A stretch of 64,000 nucleotides of DNA from Amoebophrya sp. A120. Lineage: Eukaryota > Protista > Dinoflagellata. The stretch is taken from NCBI GenBank assembly GCA_905178155.1, contig CAJINV010000004.1, forward strand, positions 4,938,619 to 5,002,618, read 5' to 3'. The notes below the pieces were generated by a model. The model was given only the letters and a program-made list of their open reading frames with translations. It did not search any database and was not told the DNA's origin. Below, piece by piece: positions 24,518-37,557 of the stretch (position 1 is the first letter of the stretch; every line of letters begins with the position of its first letter). The position numbers were made by a program, and so were the translations under genes.

Positions 24518-27500
24518 TCAGCACGAGCTATTGCCACTGCCTTTCAACACAGAGTTGTTGATGAGAATTTTCGAAACTTCGAACTTCCCAGTTGTCGGAT
24601 CGCGTTTCAAAATCGGCGCGAGGGGATGAAACAGGCTGACCGGCTCAACAATTTGACCGGGTTTAGATTTATTCAGGCGCAATTTCTCTTGCTCCCCAGG
24701 AGAATCTGGTCCTCCGCACATCTTCCCTCTGCTCTGCTGCACTAGTTCATCTTCATCTTCGGCTGTCGCGGGCTCGTTTTTTACTCCAGCAGCGTTCTTC
24801 ATCTGCTCTACTAAAACACCACGACTCTCTGCGAGTAAGACCGCCCGCTCGCTTTCTAAATGCGGTTTCTTCGGCGATGTGCGGTGCACAAGGAGTGGGC
24901 TCTTCATCGCGTTAGTTGCACTACCGGCGGCAGCCAATTTCTTCGACCCCGAAGGCGGACTCCGCAGCAGATGGCTTTGCTTCACGAGGCCGATGGGATA
25001 GGCAGGGGATTTGGCCTTCTGCGGGACTTTATTTTGGCCGGAGGTGAGCCGGCTCATATTAGTTGCAGACGAAGATGTGGTGGAGGAACGGTTTTTGTTG
25101 CTTTGTTTAAATTTGTTGTCCGGGGTGGAGATGTGGTAGTATTTGGTCGTGTTAGCAGCTTCCGGATGTTGACCTCCACGGTGCGCAGGAGAGGAAGTCG
25201 CTTCAACTACTGCGGGGGCACTGACACGACCAGCAGTAGTTCCGGGCTTGGTTGGGGACTGGTGCTGGAGCAAAGTGTTGGCTGCGGATTTTAAAATTTG
25301 ATTGCCGGCGTGGTCCTGTTGCTCGACCTCCTTCCGCAAACCCTCATCCCCTGCCGCCGAGGGGCGGCAGCTAGTTCCATCCATACTTCCGCCGTGCAGT
25401 TCCCGCTCCCGATCCATCAGGACGTCCTCCTGCTCGGAGGCTGCAGCACTCACGACCGAGTGGAAGGCACCAACGGCATTGCTGTTTGCTCGCGCGCCGG
25501 GACCCGTCTTTTGCTGGCTGCCGCGGCTGTCTACCAAAACCCCGGCATTTACGCCCACGCTCTTGCCCCCGTTCGCCAGCAGGGTGTTCGTCGGTTGTTG
25601 CACTCCTGGTCGTGGCTGCGGGGTGTAGCGCGTTGTCGCCGTAGTAGAAAACTGCTTCCAGTTTGTCGCCATCAAGGGTCCTCGTGCAGCAGTCCCCTTT
25701 CCGTTCCCGCCCGCTCTAGTTGTACTACTCGGCGGAAACCCAACAGGGCGCAGGACACGGGCGCCGTTGGAGGTGGTGGTCCCCTGTTGCGTCGCGCGCA
25801 GAGCAGACGTGTTCTTGGTGAGCACGTGCACATTTGACCGGGTCGTGGTAGAATATTTTTCCCCTGCACCACCGCCAGCGAAAATCCCCCGACCGACGTT
25901 CATCTTCCCGCACGAGGCCGCGGTCGAAGTGCAGGACTGAAAAGGAGAAATCACGCTGACGAGGCGGTCAATCTCGTTGATCGTATCATCCACATCTCGG
26001 TCCTCTGGGTGCTTGCCCTCTTGCAGAAACGGGTCCTCCACGTACTTACCTTGATGAGGAGTGATCATGTCGAGATCATCTTCGTGTTCCTGTGCTCCTA
26101 GCTCGTGATCATGCAAGTACTTACCGCTGTCATGATTTTCATTGGTACACAGCAGCAGATGATCATTCTTCCAACTTCAAAATAAAACAACTTCTCACTA
26201 TACTCGATGCGCACGAAAATAGCCGGTCCTTCATCTGTCCTCGGACACGTTGACCCCCGCCTGCACCATCCTCTTCGACATCATTTGCATGTCCATCCGG
26301 CGACCGCAACAGACTGTCTTCCTCGGAAACAGCTTGGAGTTCCGACAGGGTCACATTCGTATCACCTTCTTCCAAAAGCGCCGCCTCAAAGGCCGAGAAG
26401 TTGTCCTCCTCCTCGAGGTTGTGGTTGTGATCCTCGTGGTCGTCCTGGGTCCGGGTCGGCATAGAAGTTGGTCTTTCATCATGGGAGACAAGCTCTGGTG
26501 ACTGGGATGTACTAGACGCGGGCTCGTCCTCAGAATACGTTCGGTTGGTGATCGTGTTTTTCTTTTCCAACAACGGTTTTTTGTCCAAGTGGCTGCGTTT
26601 CACCAATATGGATTGCAAATATGTCTGGGTCTGCAAAGTTGTGATGCTAGTGTGCGAATCAGAAACGATCCCCAAGTTGGGGAAGCACATGACAAGTTTC
26701 TGAGCAGCTAGGTCTTGCGTAAACTGCATGAGAAATTGCGTTTTTGTATTACAAAAAAATAGCGCGTAGCGCACTACGCACGACAGATCTTTCTCTCCTG
26801 TCAGCAGAGCATTACAGATCTCGCAGTCTCCCAGACCCAGATATTTCTGCATTTGATAACCAAACTGGTTTGCTTAATCACCTGCGCTTCGTTCACGCTA
26901 GAGGTTTTGGAGAGGAGGAGCTGATGTTCCGTGGTGTACATAGAATTCGAATTTATTTCGCTGTTTTTGTTTTTTCCGGAAATGCTAGAAGACGCACCAG
27001 TGATCGGCTGCACGACACGCAGCGGCAAGGCTGGCTTGCGGGTTGTAGAAGTACTAGTTGCATCTTTATTTCCGGGCGGCCCCTGGACTTGCGCCAGTCT
27101 GCTGCTCGTCTTCAGGTTCTTTGTCTGGGGCTGTGTCGTGAGCTGCGTTCTTCCAGCGTAACTTCCGTTCACCTCGCCCCGATTTCCGTTCACCTTTGCG
27201 ACGTTGAGTTCTTGGTGGTTGTTCGTCTGGGGTGACAAAGAGCGGAATAAAGGGAGGATCGGTTTGTAGTTTGTTGCAGTACTCGCCGGCTTGTTCAGCA
27301 AATGCGAGCCGAGGGAGTTCGGAGCTAGCAGGGATCGCACAGTAGTTACGGCAAGGGGATCATTCTCGATGGATTTGCTTTGCGCATCTTGTTCTGGTGG
27401 CGTGGTCCCGTCTACTTCCTGGTTTGCCATCCACTCCTGCTCACCCGAGGACAGCATCTCGACGTCGCCCGTGCAACTGTAAAACTGCGATATCACGGGG

Positions 27501-30500
27501 TCACCGGCGGAGGGAAGCGAGCAAAACTGCTCCAGCAGGGATCCGCTGTCGTCAACCAGGTCGTCCATTCTCAGACCATCTTCCCCGCCTCCGCCTCCCT
27601 GTTCATCCAGTAGGAGATCCTCCGACAAGCCACCATCGCAAAAGTCACGGGGAGCACCACTATTCCCAGCCGCTTGCTCTTCGCCGAAAAGCTTTTGGAA
27701 CACGCACCGCTGGAGAGTTTCCGCCTCGCCGAGCCTTTTCATCGCCGTTCGCCAGTCCTCTTCCTTCTTCTGCACCTGTTTCTGCACCTCCTGCAACCGC
27801 CGGACTAAGGTGGCGGCGTCGTTGAACTGGTATTCCTTCGCATCCGCTAGTTGTATTCTGTCCAAAAGGATCTTCGACGCACTAGACCTAGTCCTCGGAC
27901 GAATCGCAATAATGCATGCGGAATCCTAGCATGACTGCGGCCTAGACCGAGGCTAGTCCGATGTACCAGGCTAGGATGGGTCGCAGTGCCCTGGACGTTT
28001 GGCGCGGCCTAGCGTGGGTCAAATCGTTTTGCCTTGTTTTTCCTCATGTTTTCCTCATGCACTACCCTAGTCCGGCGCTTGCGCAAGTTTGCGAAGCTAA
28101 TTTTTGACATGCTAGGACAAAACGCTGCGGCGGACTTGCCTAGGCTAGGACAGTGACCCGAGGCCTAGGGCGCAGAACACTAATTTTTGCCTCTGCCCTG
28201 TCGGCTTTTCGTGTGCCTTCTTCGTTCTTGGGGGCCTTTCGGTAGACGCGCCGGCCTTCGGCCTTGCTTTGTCTGGTTGACGTTCCGGGGCCGGACCGCG
28301 CGAATCTAGGGACGCCGCACGGCGGAGCGGCAAGCCAAGGAATGGCGCGCGGCATTTTATTGGCGCGGGCCTTTGGGAACGCCCAAGACAGAAAGCACCG
28401 AACGGGCCCGCGCCTCTCTTCTTGCATACGAGTGCGCACGGCATCGGTGTGGCGGCCGTCTTCCCTAGCGGGCGCAGGTCTGCCTCTGCCGCGTGTTGCA
28501 CGCTTGTGCTTGGCCGCCAGGCCAAGGTGACTAAGGTTGTGGCGGCCCTCGTTGAACCTTAGGTGACCGACTAAGGTGACTAAGGTTGGTGGCTGCCACC
28601 TAGCGGATGCGAAGGAATACCAATTCAACGACGGCCGCCACCCTAGGGCGCAGAATCACTAAGATTCAACGATGACCAAGGTGGCGGCGTCGTTGAACTG
28701 GTATTCCTTCGCATCCGCTAGTTGTATGCTGTCGACAAAAGGATCATTCTCATTGTCGCACTAGACCTAGTATGAATGACAGATCCACACAGATGATGAG
28801 ATGATGAATGCCTGATCTTGCTGCATGACAGCGCGCATGATTTTTTCAAGGTAGAAAATTCAAGTTTTCAAGCGGATTATGTGCAGCTGTAAATGTAAAA
28901 ATTGCAATGCAATTTCTAGCACGACAAGTTCAAGTACGGTGATGATTCTTTTGCACGATCGATAAACCGCTGCTGCAGCTTGTCCAACCGGCGTTGCTCC
29001 AAAATTTCCGCTATCCTGTGCGAAAGTATCGTACTCGTATTGCAATCATGCATTATACAAATCTTTCGCTTAATGTAAATCAGCGTTACAAATTTCATCT
29101 CTCATGCTGAGGAAATTTGTAATGCATTTTATACAGAATCAGCCAGAGATAGATCATCCTTTGGATGATCGTAGGCTTCCAGTGGGAAGCCGTCTTCACC
29201 GGAAGGGCATGAGCGCCCGCGATGGGGCACCCCGCCACCGCCGAAGGAGCCACGCGCCGAAGCAACCCCAAAGAACCCGCAGGAAGNNNNNNNNNNNNNN
29301 NNNNNNNNNNNNNNNNNNNNNNNNNNNNNNNNNNNNNNNNNNNNNNNNNNNNNNNNNNNNNNNNNNNNNNNNNNNNNNNNNNNNNNNNNNNNNNNNNNNN
29401 NNNNNNNNNNNNNNNNNNNNNNNNNNNNNNNNNNNNNNNNNNNNNNNNNNNNNNNNNNNNNNNNNNNNNNNNNNNNNNNNNNNNNNNNNNNNNNNNNNNN
29501 NNNNNNNNNNNNNNNNNNNNNNNNNNNNNNNNNNNNNNNNNNNNNNNNNNNNNNNNNNNNNNNNNNNNNNNNNNNNNNNNNNNNNNNNNNNNNNNNNNNN
29601 NNNNNNNNNNNNNNNNNNNNNNNNNNNNNNNNNNNNNNNNNNNNNNNNNNNNNNNATTTTATACAGAATCAGCCAGAGATAGATCATCCTTTGGATGATC
29701 GTAGGCTTCCAGTGGGAAGCCGTCTTCACCGGAAGGGCATGAGCGCCCGCGATGGGGCACCCCGCCACCGCCGAAGGAGCCACGCGCCGAAGCAACCCCA
29801 AAGAACCCGCAGGAAGTGAAGCGACCCAGCGATGAATTCGGGGGACAACATGCCCCATCGAAAAGGCCGCGGAGCCCTGGAAGGCGGGAAAGAAATACAA
29901 GCCCAAGCTAAAAACAAAAAACGCAGTGAGCTACGTAATGTGGGATCGGAGGTTTCCCTCAGCCTGCAAGGCAGGCGATATAACGAAAATCCGTAGCAGC
30001 CCCGAAACAGCGCGCAATCAGTGGCGCCAAAGACGCTAAATAGCGCCGACCTTGGTCGTTTTATCCATGACCTTTCTCGCAACGTAAAATTGGCAAAGGC
30101 CAGACACAAAAAGCCCTATGGGAGCTCAAAAACCCCAACGGAATACAACAAGCCCCCGGCTTTTCTTATCCCAGTCTCCCCCTCTGCAAGGGTAACGGAT
30201 TGGGCTCGGAGCCCGTTTACCGCCAGTGCCAAACAGCCGAGAAAGGTCAGGATAAAAACAACCAAGGTCATTGAGACTGACCGCGGAAAATCATAAGAAA
30301 GTCCAGCCGGGGTGTAATTTCAACCCCACCTCACCAGACAAAGCGAAGCCAGAATCTCTGACCGAAATGGGTCAGGGCTAGCAGTCAAACCATCTGGCCA
30401 GGGTTCCATCATAACCCTGTCTCACCGGACAATCTCAATAAAACATCTGGCCAGGGTTTAATCTCAACCCTGTCTCACCAGATAAAACAAAGCCCGGAAT

Positions 30501-31866
30501 CAGTGACCGAAACGGGTCACCGGGGCGGAAAATAATATGTCTGGCCGGGGTATAATTCCAACCCCGTCTCACCAGACAAAGCGAAGCCAGAATCGCTGAC
30601 CGAAACGGGTCAGGGCTCGCAATAAAACGTCCAGCCGGGGTCTAATTTCAACCCCGTCTCACCGGACAAGATCAATATAACCATCTGGCCAGGGTCTAAT
30701 CTCGACCCTGTCTCACCAGATAAAATAGAGCCCCTAATCAGTGACCGAAACGGGTCACCGGGGCGGAAAATAAAGTCTGGCCGGGGTTTAATTTCAACCC
30801 CGTCTCACCAGACAATAATGCTCTTCACTACCATGGCAGGGGCGTGACTCCCTGGGACCTGAGAATAATAGAAATACAGACGGAAATAGAATCTCACAAG
30901 CGAAATGGCTTGCCGTCTCTTAATTGGGGGAACGTTCTCAGGTCCTGGCTACCAATGGCCGAAGGGCTAGGGTCTGTATAAAATACCGACCGACCAGCCT
31001 CAGCCTAGACTCACAGGCTCGCTAGACTTCTACTGCCCGGTCATACATTTATTATACGAGTACGATACTTTTGCAATGCATATCCGCGTCGCGCCGCCGT
31101 TGCTCCACGAGACTCGCCTTTTCCTGCCGGTCACTGATTTTGCTTGTCAAAATCTGCTTCTCCAGCAGCTCTTTTTCATATTTCATTTGCCATCCGGTCT
31201 TCTGCTTGTTCGCCTGCAACGAGTGTCGCTTGTCGTTTACCTTTTGCTGCAACGATTCTCTGCGGTTTTTTGCCTGCTGCATCTTCTGCTGCTGGTCGGA
31301 AAATTGCTGGAACTTCTGCTGCTGCGCGAGGGTCGTTTTTTGATGGCGCTGGAACGCGGATTGGCTAAATTTCGTTTGCTGCCGCTTCAAAATCTCGGTC
31401 GCCGCCCAGACGGAATCCTCTTTCTTCTCCACGTGCCGCACGCGCGCACCCACACTGCGCAATCGGGTCTCTTGGGCGCGCAGTTCTTTCTCGAGCAACC
31501 TGATCACGTTTGAAGGTAGATTTCGTTTTGGTTTTTTCGATTCTACTGCTTGTTGATGTGCAAGCATCCGTTCACGATCACGATCAGGATCTTTATCATA
31601 CATTGTCAAACGGAACAAACGCACCGGCAGAAACAAACACAGTAAGAAGTGTACATGATGGAACGTTTCGACAAATCCCCGGTTGACATGATGCTCTGGT
31701 CCACAGGATGCGCGATCCGCCCTGAAATCGCTAGATCTGGTGTACTGGTTTGTTCGACGACGTACTGCGCTCCTGGTTCATCTAGTAGCTGCTCCTCATC
31801 CTGCACGTGCTCGTCTTCCACCGCAGCAAGCAGGTGCACGTCTTCCACACCACCGTGCGCGGCCAT
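24518..31866 (-). CDS. Large hypothetical protein: N-terminal coiled coil, low-complexity C-terminus (may be two genes)
   Basis: Long minus ORFs 24518-26116, 26163-26606, 26859-27890, 31083-31603. RRRDA|EILEQRRLDKL joins across the element at 29012-31082. The link across 27893-28920 is unverified. Confidence 0.55.
26607..26858. mobile_element. Introner family A (252 bp)
   Basis: Family A TIRs; direct repeat accaa. Confidence 0.92.
27803..28771. repeat. Local duplication/inversion of an exon end around a GC-rich insert
   Basis: 27803-27892 recurs with indels at 28674-28771, inverted at 28600-28642, and as fragments at 28529-28585. Confidence 0.75.
29287..29655. other. Assembly gap (N run) with overlapping flanks
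   Basis: The sequence 29126-29286 is repeated immediately after the gap, from 29656. Confidence 0.95.
30301..30813. repeat. Higher-order tandem repeat (~238-bp period) of two hairpin types
   Basis: Seven type-1 units at 30301, 30392, 30445, 30539, 30629, 30683, 30775. Four type-2 units at 30358, 30503, 30596, 30741. Confidence 0.9.
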
Positions 31867-32428
31867 GATGAGCGGTCGATCCAAGGCTTGTTAGTTGAGG
31901 TTCACTTTGTTTTCAATGTTTTCAACGGCGAGATGCGATTAGATAAACCTAAAGAGACGCACTGGGCGGCAAAATAGAGCCAAACATGTTTTGTCTCCTG
32001 CCCCCCGACAAGACGAAACTAAACACGGTTCAGTTCAGTTCAGTTCGACGCATTATCCTGTTTCAGTTAACCGCTCTGAAATTAATCGATTGAATCGTGG
32101 ATGTGCGTGCACTACTATCATCTTCTTTTCCTTCCAGGGGTGTAAGGCTCGTCTATCGCAACACAAAAGTTCCGTCGTTTTCCCGTACGAACCACACCCC
32201 TGCTACGTTCATTTCTTCCTTTCCTGAGTTTTCGCAGAAATAGACGTCACTGACTTCGAAAGCCACCTCTGGGTCCCCTTCCTCCCGAAACTAAACACGA
32301 AGGATACACAAGCAGACTTTTGACTTAGACTTCTGGACGCAGATGAAGCTACATTGCGAGCACTTTCTTTGATGTGCTTGCCCGTCTCCAGGGACGTTTT
32401 GCCTGCTCTGCCTGCGTTTTGTTCGCTC

Positions 32429-33299
32429 TCACGAAACTACAGAACCACGAAGAGCTGCAGCCTTTTTTCTCACTGAGCACTGAGTGCCCGCATCAATCTT
32501 GTTCGTTGAAAAGAGCAAGAAGCAAAGCTCTTCCTCGAGAACACCAGCGAAGGCTTCCGCAACAGTGCAAGCAACGCGGAGGTCCTGCTCGTCCTCTCGG
32601 CTAGAGCGGAGCCCATGATACTCTGCTTTTCGCAGGAGCAATATCGTGCTAGCTATATCTATTTTGATTTTCTTTGTTAATCACTCTCGCATTGCCTCTG
32701 TTTTTCTCATCTTTTTCAGTCTTACATTTGAATGAGATCAAAAATTTCTGTACATTGCATTCTGGGCGAAGTAGAGGTCAGAAGACAACTTGAAGTAGTT
32801 CTCAGACTTTGCACGACGACACCACCGCGTTCTCCCTCGCTCGCCGCGGTCTTTATTGCTATCCATCCGCCACAAATTTTGCGGATTTCACTGCTCCTGT
32901 TTGAAAATCCATCATACCACAAACAAACTGAAACTTGTACTTGATTGGCTTATTGTTTGTTCAAACTGGAAATTAGATCGGTCACTGAAGTTTTTGTGCT
33001 CGTCGAAGACATTGGATTGGCTCCACTAGAAGCTGCACTTGTCGTCGACATATTTGGAGGCGCACGAGCCGTTCCAATGCGCGGCCTGCACCAACGACGA
33101 TGCAGTAGCAATCTCGTCCACAATTCGACATATTCCCGGTCCTCCTCTTGATGCTGTTTCTCAGCAAAACAAGCATGGACAGTTGTGGTCCTAGCTGCGC
33201 CAATTGGTTTGTCGCGCAATCGACGCACGGCGCATCAAGCTTCCTTGTCTTACTGGTTGCATCTTCGGACTTGACATTAATTTTGCAATAATCTTCCAC
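32429..33299 (-). CDS. Possible small hypothetical gene
   Basis: Short minus-strand ORFs in coding-like blocks (32429-32641, 32722-32922, 32950-33299); no recognisable motif. Confidence 0.3.
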
Positions 33300-33553
33300 G
33301 GCCGCTAGTACTTGCTAGATCGGTCGATCGTCATGAAATAATCATTCTATTATACTTTTTCTGGTGAATCTCAGTGTAGTAAACGATAGAAGAATAAAAC
33401 GGTTTTCTTTTTGCTGATTTGGTTTTTCTGGTGAATCTGAGTATTAGTTCATCATCAACTTCAAAGATGTTATGTAGTAAACCTTTGGATGAAAAACAAA
33501 AAGCGTTTTCGTCTCGTCCTCGAGACGTGCACCAAAGCGAGCAGGAGCTGTTC

Positions 33554-36500
33554 TCACTTCTCCCATGGGGCCTTGCGCGAGTTTTTGTCGGCTTCCCGCT
33601 TCTTCAGAGATGCCTCCTGGTGTGCCTGTGGTAAGAACATGAAGCAGGTTTCTAACGCTGCGAGAGTGAGTCATGCGTCCTCTGGGCTACTAGTGATTCA
33701 TATTCATTGAGGACAGGCAGAAACTATTACTCGCAATGGTCAATGACGATGATTCCCGACGCGGGACAACTTTATGCAGCAGACAAAGAAAAGCGAAATA
33801 AAGCTAGTCAATACCTTGATCGACGCTTTGACGGCGAATTGCTTGTCTGCCTCTGCCTCCTTGGCCTGGCGAAACCGCTTATGCATTGCAAAAGTATCGC
33901 ACTCGTATAAATGCATGACAAATTTCCTCAGCATGAGAAATAAAATTTGCAATGCGGATTTGACTTAGCAAGAAAATTTGTAATGCATGACTGCAATACG
34001 AGTACGATACTTTTGCACAGGATACCGCTCCTCGGCAATCAAAGCTTGCCGTTGCTCGATCATGTGTTGTTGCAACTCGCGGTGCCGTTGGACCTAGAAG
34101 GAGTTTGTTTTCTTCAGAATGGTCCCCGTGGGTATCGGTTTTCATCGTGGTTTTTCAACCACACAACTTCTTTCGTTTCAAGATGTTGCGGAACTACATC
34201 ACAGCAAAAAAGAGTCCTGCAAGCATTTGTCGAAAAAGTACATCACATCTTTACCTGATGGAAGTCCATCTGCCTGAACAATTCTTCCTGGTGTCGCTTT
34301 TTCAAGATGGCTTCTGCCCGTGCCCTCTCTTGGTCGATACCCTCCAAGCGCGTGATCTAAGTCGTTTTTTTTTTTGTTTTTCGTTTTTTCTTTCTACTTT
34401 TAGTTTCAAAGTCAGCGAGGACGAGCACCAGGACGAATAGCAACATGAACAAACTTCAACTTGATGAAACTAACCACCGTATTCAAATTCTTAAGTGCAC
34501 ACCATAGCGAGAGCGAGATAACCCATTATACATAGTACCTCGTTCTCCACCCTTGCTCTCTCCGCCAGTATCTCGGCCTTCTGCCGGTCTCTGACTTCGT
34601 TCTTGAGCTCGATTTGCTCCATCCTCCCCGCGTATACGTCGACGAGCAGCGCTCTCCTGGCGTTCTCCTCTGCCTCGTATTTGGCAAACTTCTTCTGCCA
34701 CTGCCTTATCGTAAGGAAAAATCCCCCCTCCCCATATTGAAAACGCACGCGCCTGAAAATTTGTGATGCAGATTGGTGGCCACGAATCCTGTCTGTCTTG
34801 CAAGAAGGCAAATCTAGAGGGCCCGCCGCACTACGTAGGCGGTTTGTGATGCTGTTGGACCTACAGCATAGACGTTTGTCATGCGAGCTAGGCACCTACG
34901 TCAAAACCTCTCGCCCCAGCAGGCTCGGCACATGGACACGCATGCAGCCCTCTACTGCAAGACGAATCTGATTTGTGTACGGAAATCCAGCATCAGAAAC
35001 TTCGTTCTGATATGGGGAGGACGGATTTTTCGTTTTGATATGCCTTTCCTGCTCCTCATTTTGGAGCCGGACAAGCTCCGCGTCGGACTCGGCTTTACCT
35101 GTTGATTGATTCTTTCAGATGTTGCAGATATGCATGACAAATCCAACTTTCTACCTGAAATAGCATGACAAATTGCAGTTTTGTTTTTGGGAAAATTTGT
35201 AATGCAATTTACACTCGTACGATAGTTTTGCAATGCATAAACAAGCCAAAAATACGATTCATGTCCATCTTGAGCTTTTCGTTGAACTCGAGGACTTTCT
35301 TTTTCTGCAGGGCTTTATCTGCTTCCTCCTTCTCTGCGAGCTCCTTTTCCTTCTTCAGGACTGACAGGACCTGGATAGAGTGATGATAAAAGACAGTAGT
35401 TCTCGCGCAGCTTGCGAGCACCAGAATTTGTAAAAAAAAAATGCTGAAAATAGATTCGAAAAAATCCAGCGCAGCAGCAAGATTTGCAGCAATACAATGT
35501 TCCCGCTACTTCTATCCAAACACAAAAATCCAAATTATACGAATTGCTTGTCCATGAGTTTGTTCTGCGCCTCCTCCTTTGCGTTTTCTTCCTCGATGAT
35601 TTTCTTAAAGGCGTCCACTTTTTTCCGCTCCTCCTTTATGACAGTGCACAACTCCCCCTCCCCCTCATTTGTATTGGATGAACTACAGCAATAGAAGGGC
35701 CTGCAAGAGCAAGAGTAGAGTGCAGCTTTTCCTTTTGCATGACAAATTCTCACAGGATTGTAGTGGTGTTTGGGCTGCCAGAGTCTGTGATGCTAACACT
35801 CCCAAGGGGCACAGAGTGGATTTGGTATTTTGCATGACAAAAGAGGGGGACGAGGGGTAGTTGTGCACTCTCATATCCTTTGCAACCGCTGCACTACGCT
35901 CTACCAGCTCCGCCGCCTCCCGCTCGGCGTTGGCCCACTGCTGTCGCATTTCTGCCCTCTCCTTCTCGAGGATCTCGGCCTCTTCGAGTTCCTGCATGAC
36001 AAATGGGACGTCGATTTTTTTTGTGATTGTAAAAATGCCAGATGAAGTTGTTGAAAAACTACGGGCATCAAAAGAAAACGCACTGAAAGACTGTGACATC
36101 ATATTATTTCACGTCAAGCAACAAAATCTTCAAGAAGTACCCCCTTCTCCTTGAGTAATATTTGTTCCTGCAGGGTAGCGGCCATTTTGGCGGTGATATC
36201 AAATGCAAAAAGTCTGGGTCTGGAAGATTTCCAGACTTGTCATGCACATTTTCCATGAGCCATGATGTCTGTGATGCATGCTGTTGCTGTAGCATCACAG
36301 ATTTTTAATAGAAGGCTTTGTGATACCTCTACCGCATGAGAAATGCCCTCCCCACGTAGGACAAACTCGCCCCCTCTTGCTGGTCATGCAATACACATCT
36401 TTTTAGAATCCACAGACAGCATCACAAGTTGTGATGCTTCCAGACCCAGACATTTTTGCATTTCATAGGTGAGCCCGGCTCGCATCTCCTTCTCGCGAAT

Positions 36501-37557
36501 TTCGCGCTCGATCTTGGCATGGTATCCCTCTTGCCAGAGTGCGTCGTATATCTGATAGTGATAAGTAGTGGTTGTTCTCGGAGCAGGAATTCATTGACCT
36601 ATTTGAACTACTCGCTCACATTCTCATTCGCATTCACCACTGCTTGTAGCGCATATTGTTGTGGTTGCTGATGTCAAAGAGAATGCGCAAGACAAAGATC
36701 GCAACATGAAATTTACCGCAGCTTCCCTGCGTTCCTGGGCGTCGGCCTCCGCTTTTTCGTCTTTTTGTATGCCTCTTTCGAAGGTGACCTGCAGCTCGAA
36801 GAGCTTCGCGTCCTGCGTGCGCAGCTCGTCTATACTCTGTCGCCACTGCTGGTACAGCTTCTCTTTCACCTGAAGTTAGTAGCCGTCGGGTGACATAATT
36901 ATCTTGTAATTCTAGCATCAAGTATGGTGCGCCACTTCCTTGCGCTCCTGATGTATCAAAAGGAACGAGCAGATCACACGTCATGGAAATCACACTCGGA
37001 GAAGTTTTGTTATCAATCTCAGCAGGAGACAATAAAATTTAAATTACTAGCTGTTCTCGTTCCGTTTCTCTTCTGTTTTTTAGCTCTGCCGCCCGGTCCT
37101 TCATTTTTTGCATCCCCTTTGCGGGGTCGGGTCGCGTGAGCTCGGCGAGTTCGGCCTCATACTGGTCTTTTTCCTTGTAGAACAAAGCGGACAGCTTTTT
37201 TCTCCTTTCGTGGATAGCGGCGTCGCGCTGGGTGGCAAGCAACTCCTTGACTTTGTTTTTCACCCGGTTATTTCCTGTAGTTTCAGGTAGATTTTGTGGA
37301 TTTGCATTTGGAGGAAGCCGTCTGTTGCAAACCTCAGCTCGCAAGGGCAGCTCTTGACATGAAAATTGATTCGCAGTGGCCACGAAAGCGAAACTAGAAA
37401 CAGGAAAACAAATACTTATTGTTTCGGAGGACTTGTTTTCCCAGTGTGCTTTCTGCTCAACCCGGACCTGGTCCAAGTTCCCTTCCACCAGGTGCTCATA
37501 CTTTGCCTCTTCTATCTGCCGTTTCAATATCACCCGGTCCGGGCGGAAATTCGACAT
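33554..37557 (-). CDS. CFAP53: Cilia- and flagella-associated protein 53-like (TPH coiled coil)
   Basis: IHERRKKLSALFYKEKDQYEAEL, MKDRAAELKNRRETER, KLYQQWRQSIDELR, QWQKKFAKYEAEENARRALLVDVYAGRMEQI; ends SRKAPWEK*. About 12 exons. Confidence 0.75.
33880..34024. mobile_element. Introner family B (145 bp)
   Basis: Family B TIRs; direct repeat ccgct. Confidence 0.93.
34707..35040. mobile_element. Introner family D (334 bp)
   Basis: Family D TIRs; direct repeat tgcct; opposite orientation to 16510-16833. Confidence 0.9.
35099..35255 (-). other. Canonical GT-AG intron containing a family B introner relic with one TIR
   Basis: GT at 35255, CAG ending at 35099, giving MDMNRKAESDAEL. The family B TIR ends at 35239; the other TIR is absent. 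Confidence 0.75.
35637..35875. mobile_element. Introner family C (239 bp)
   Basis: TIR TATGA(C/G)AGTGCACAACT(C/A)CCCCTC..CCCCTC; direct repeat tcctt. Confidence 0.92.
36197..36467. mobile_element. Introner family A (271 bp)
   Basis: Family A TIRs; direct repeat ggtga. Confidence 0.92.

Larger units (their letters stand above)
29135..31051. mobile_element. Nested non-coding insertion (~1.4 kb after removing the gap overlap) inside the family B introner
   Basis: Interrupts the right subterminal gcatttatacgag sequence; ttatac is duplicated at 29129-29134 and 31052-31057. Confidence 0.65.
29012..31082. mobile_element. Introner family B carrying a nested insertion
   Basis: Left TIR at 29012, right TIR ending at 31082; direct repeat tccgc at 29007-29011 and 31083-31087. 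Confidence 0.88.

Noticed and set aside
29126-29816. 161-bp direct repeat that could be LTRs
   Set aside because: Identical copies directly flank the N run; best explained as unmerged contig overlap
30350-30380. CTGA...GAAA as a hammerhead ribozyme core
   Set aside because: No CUGANGA core or three-stem junction; CTGA is paired within a simple stem
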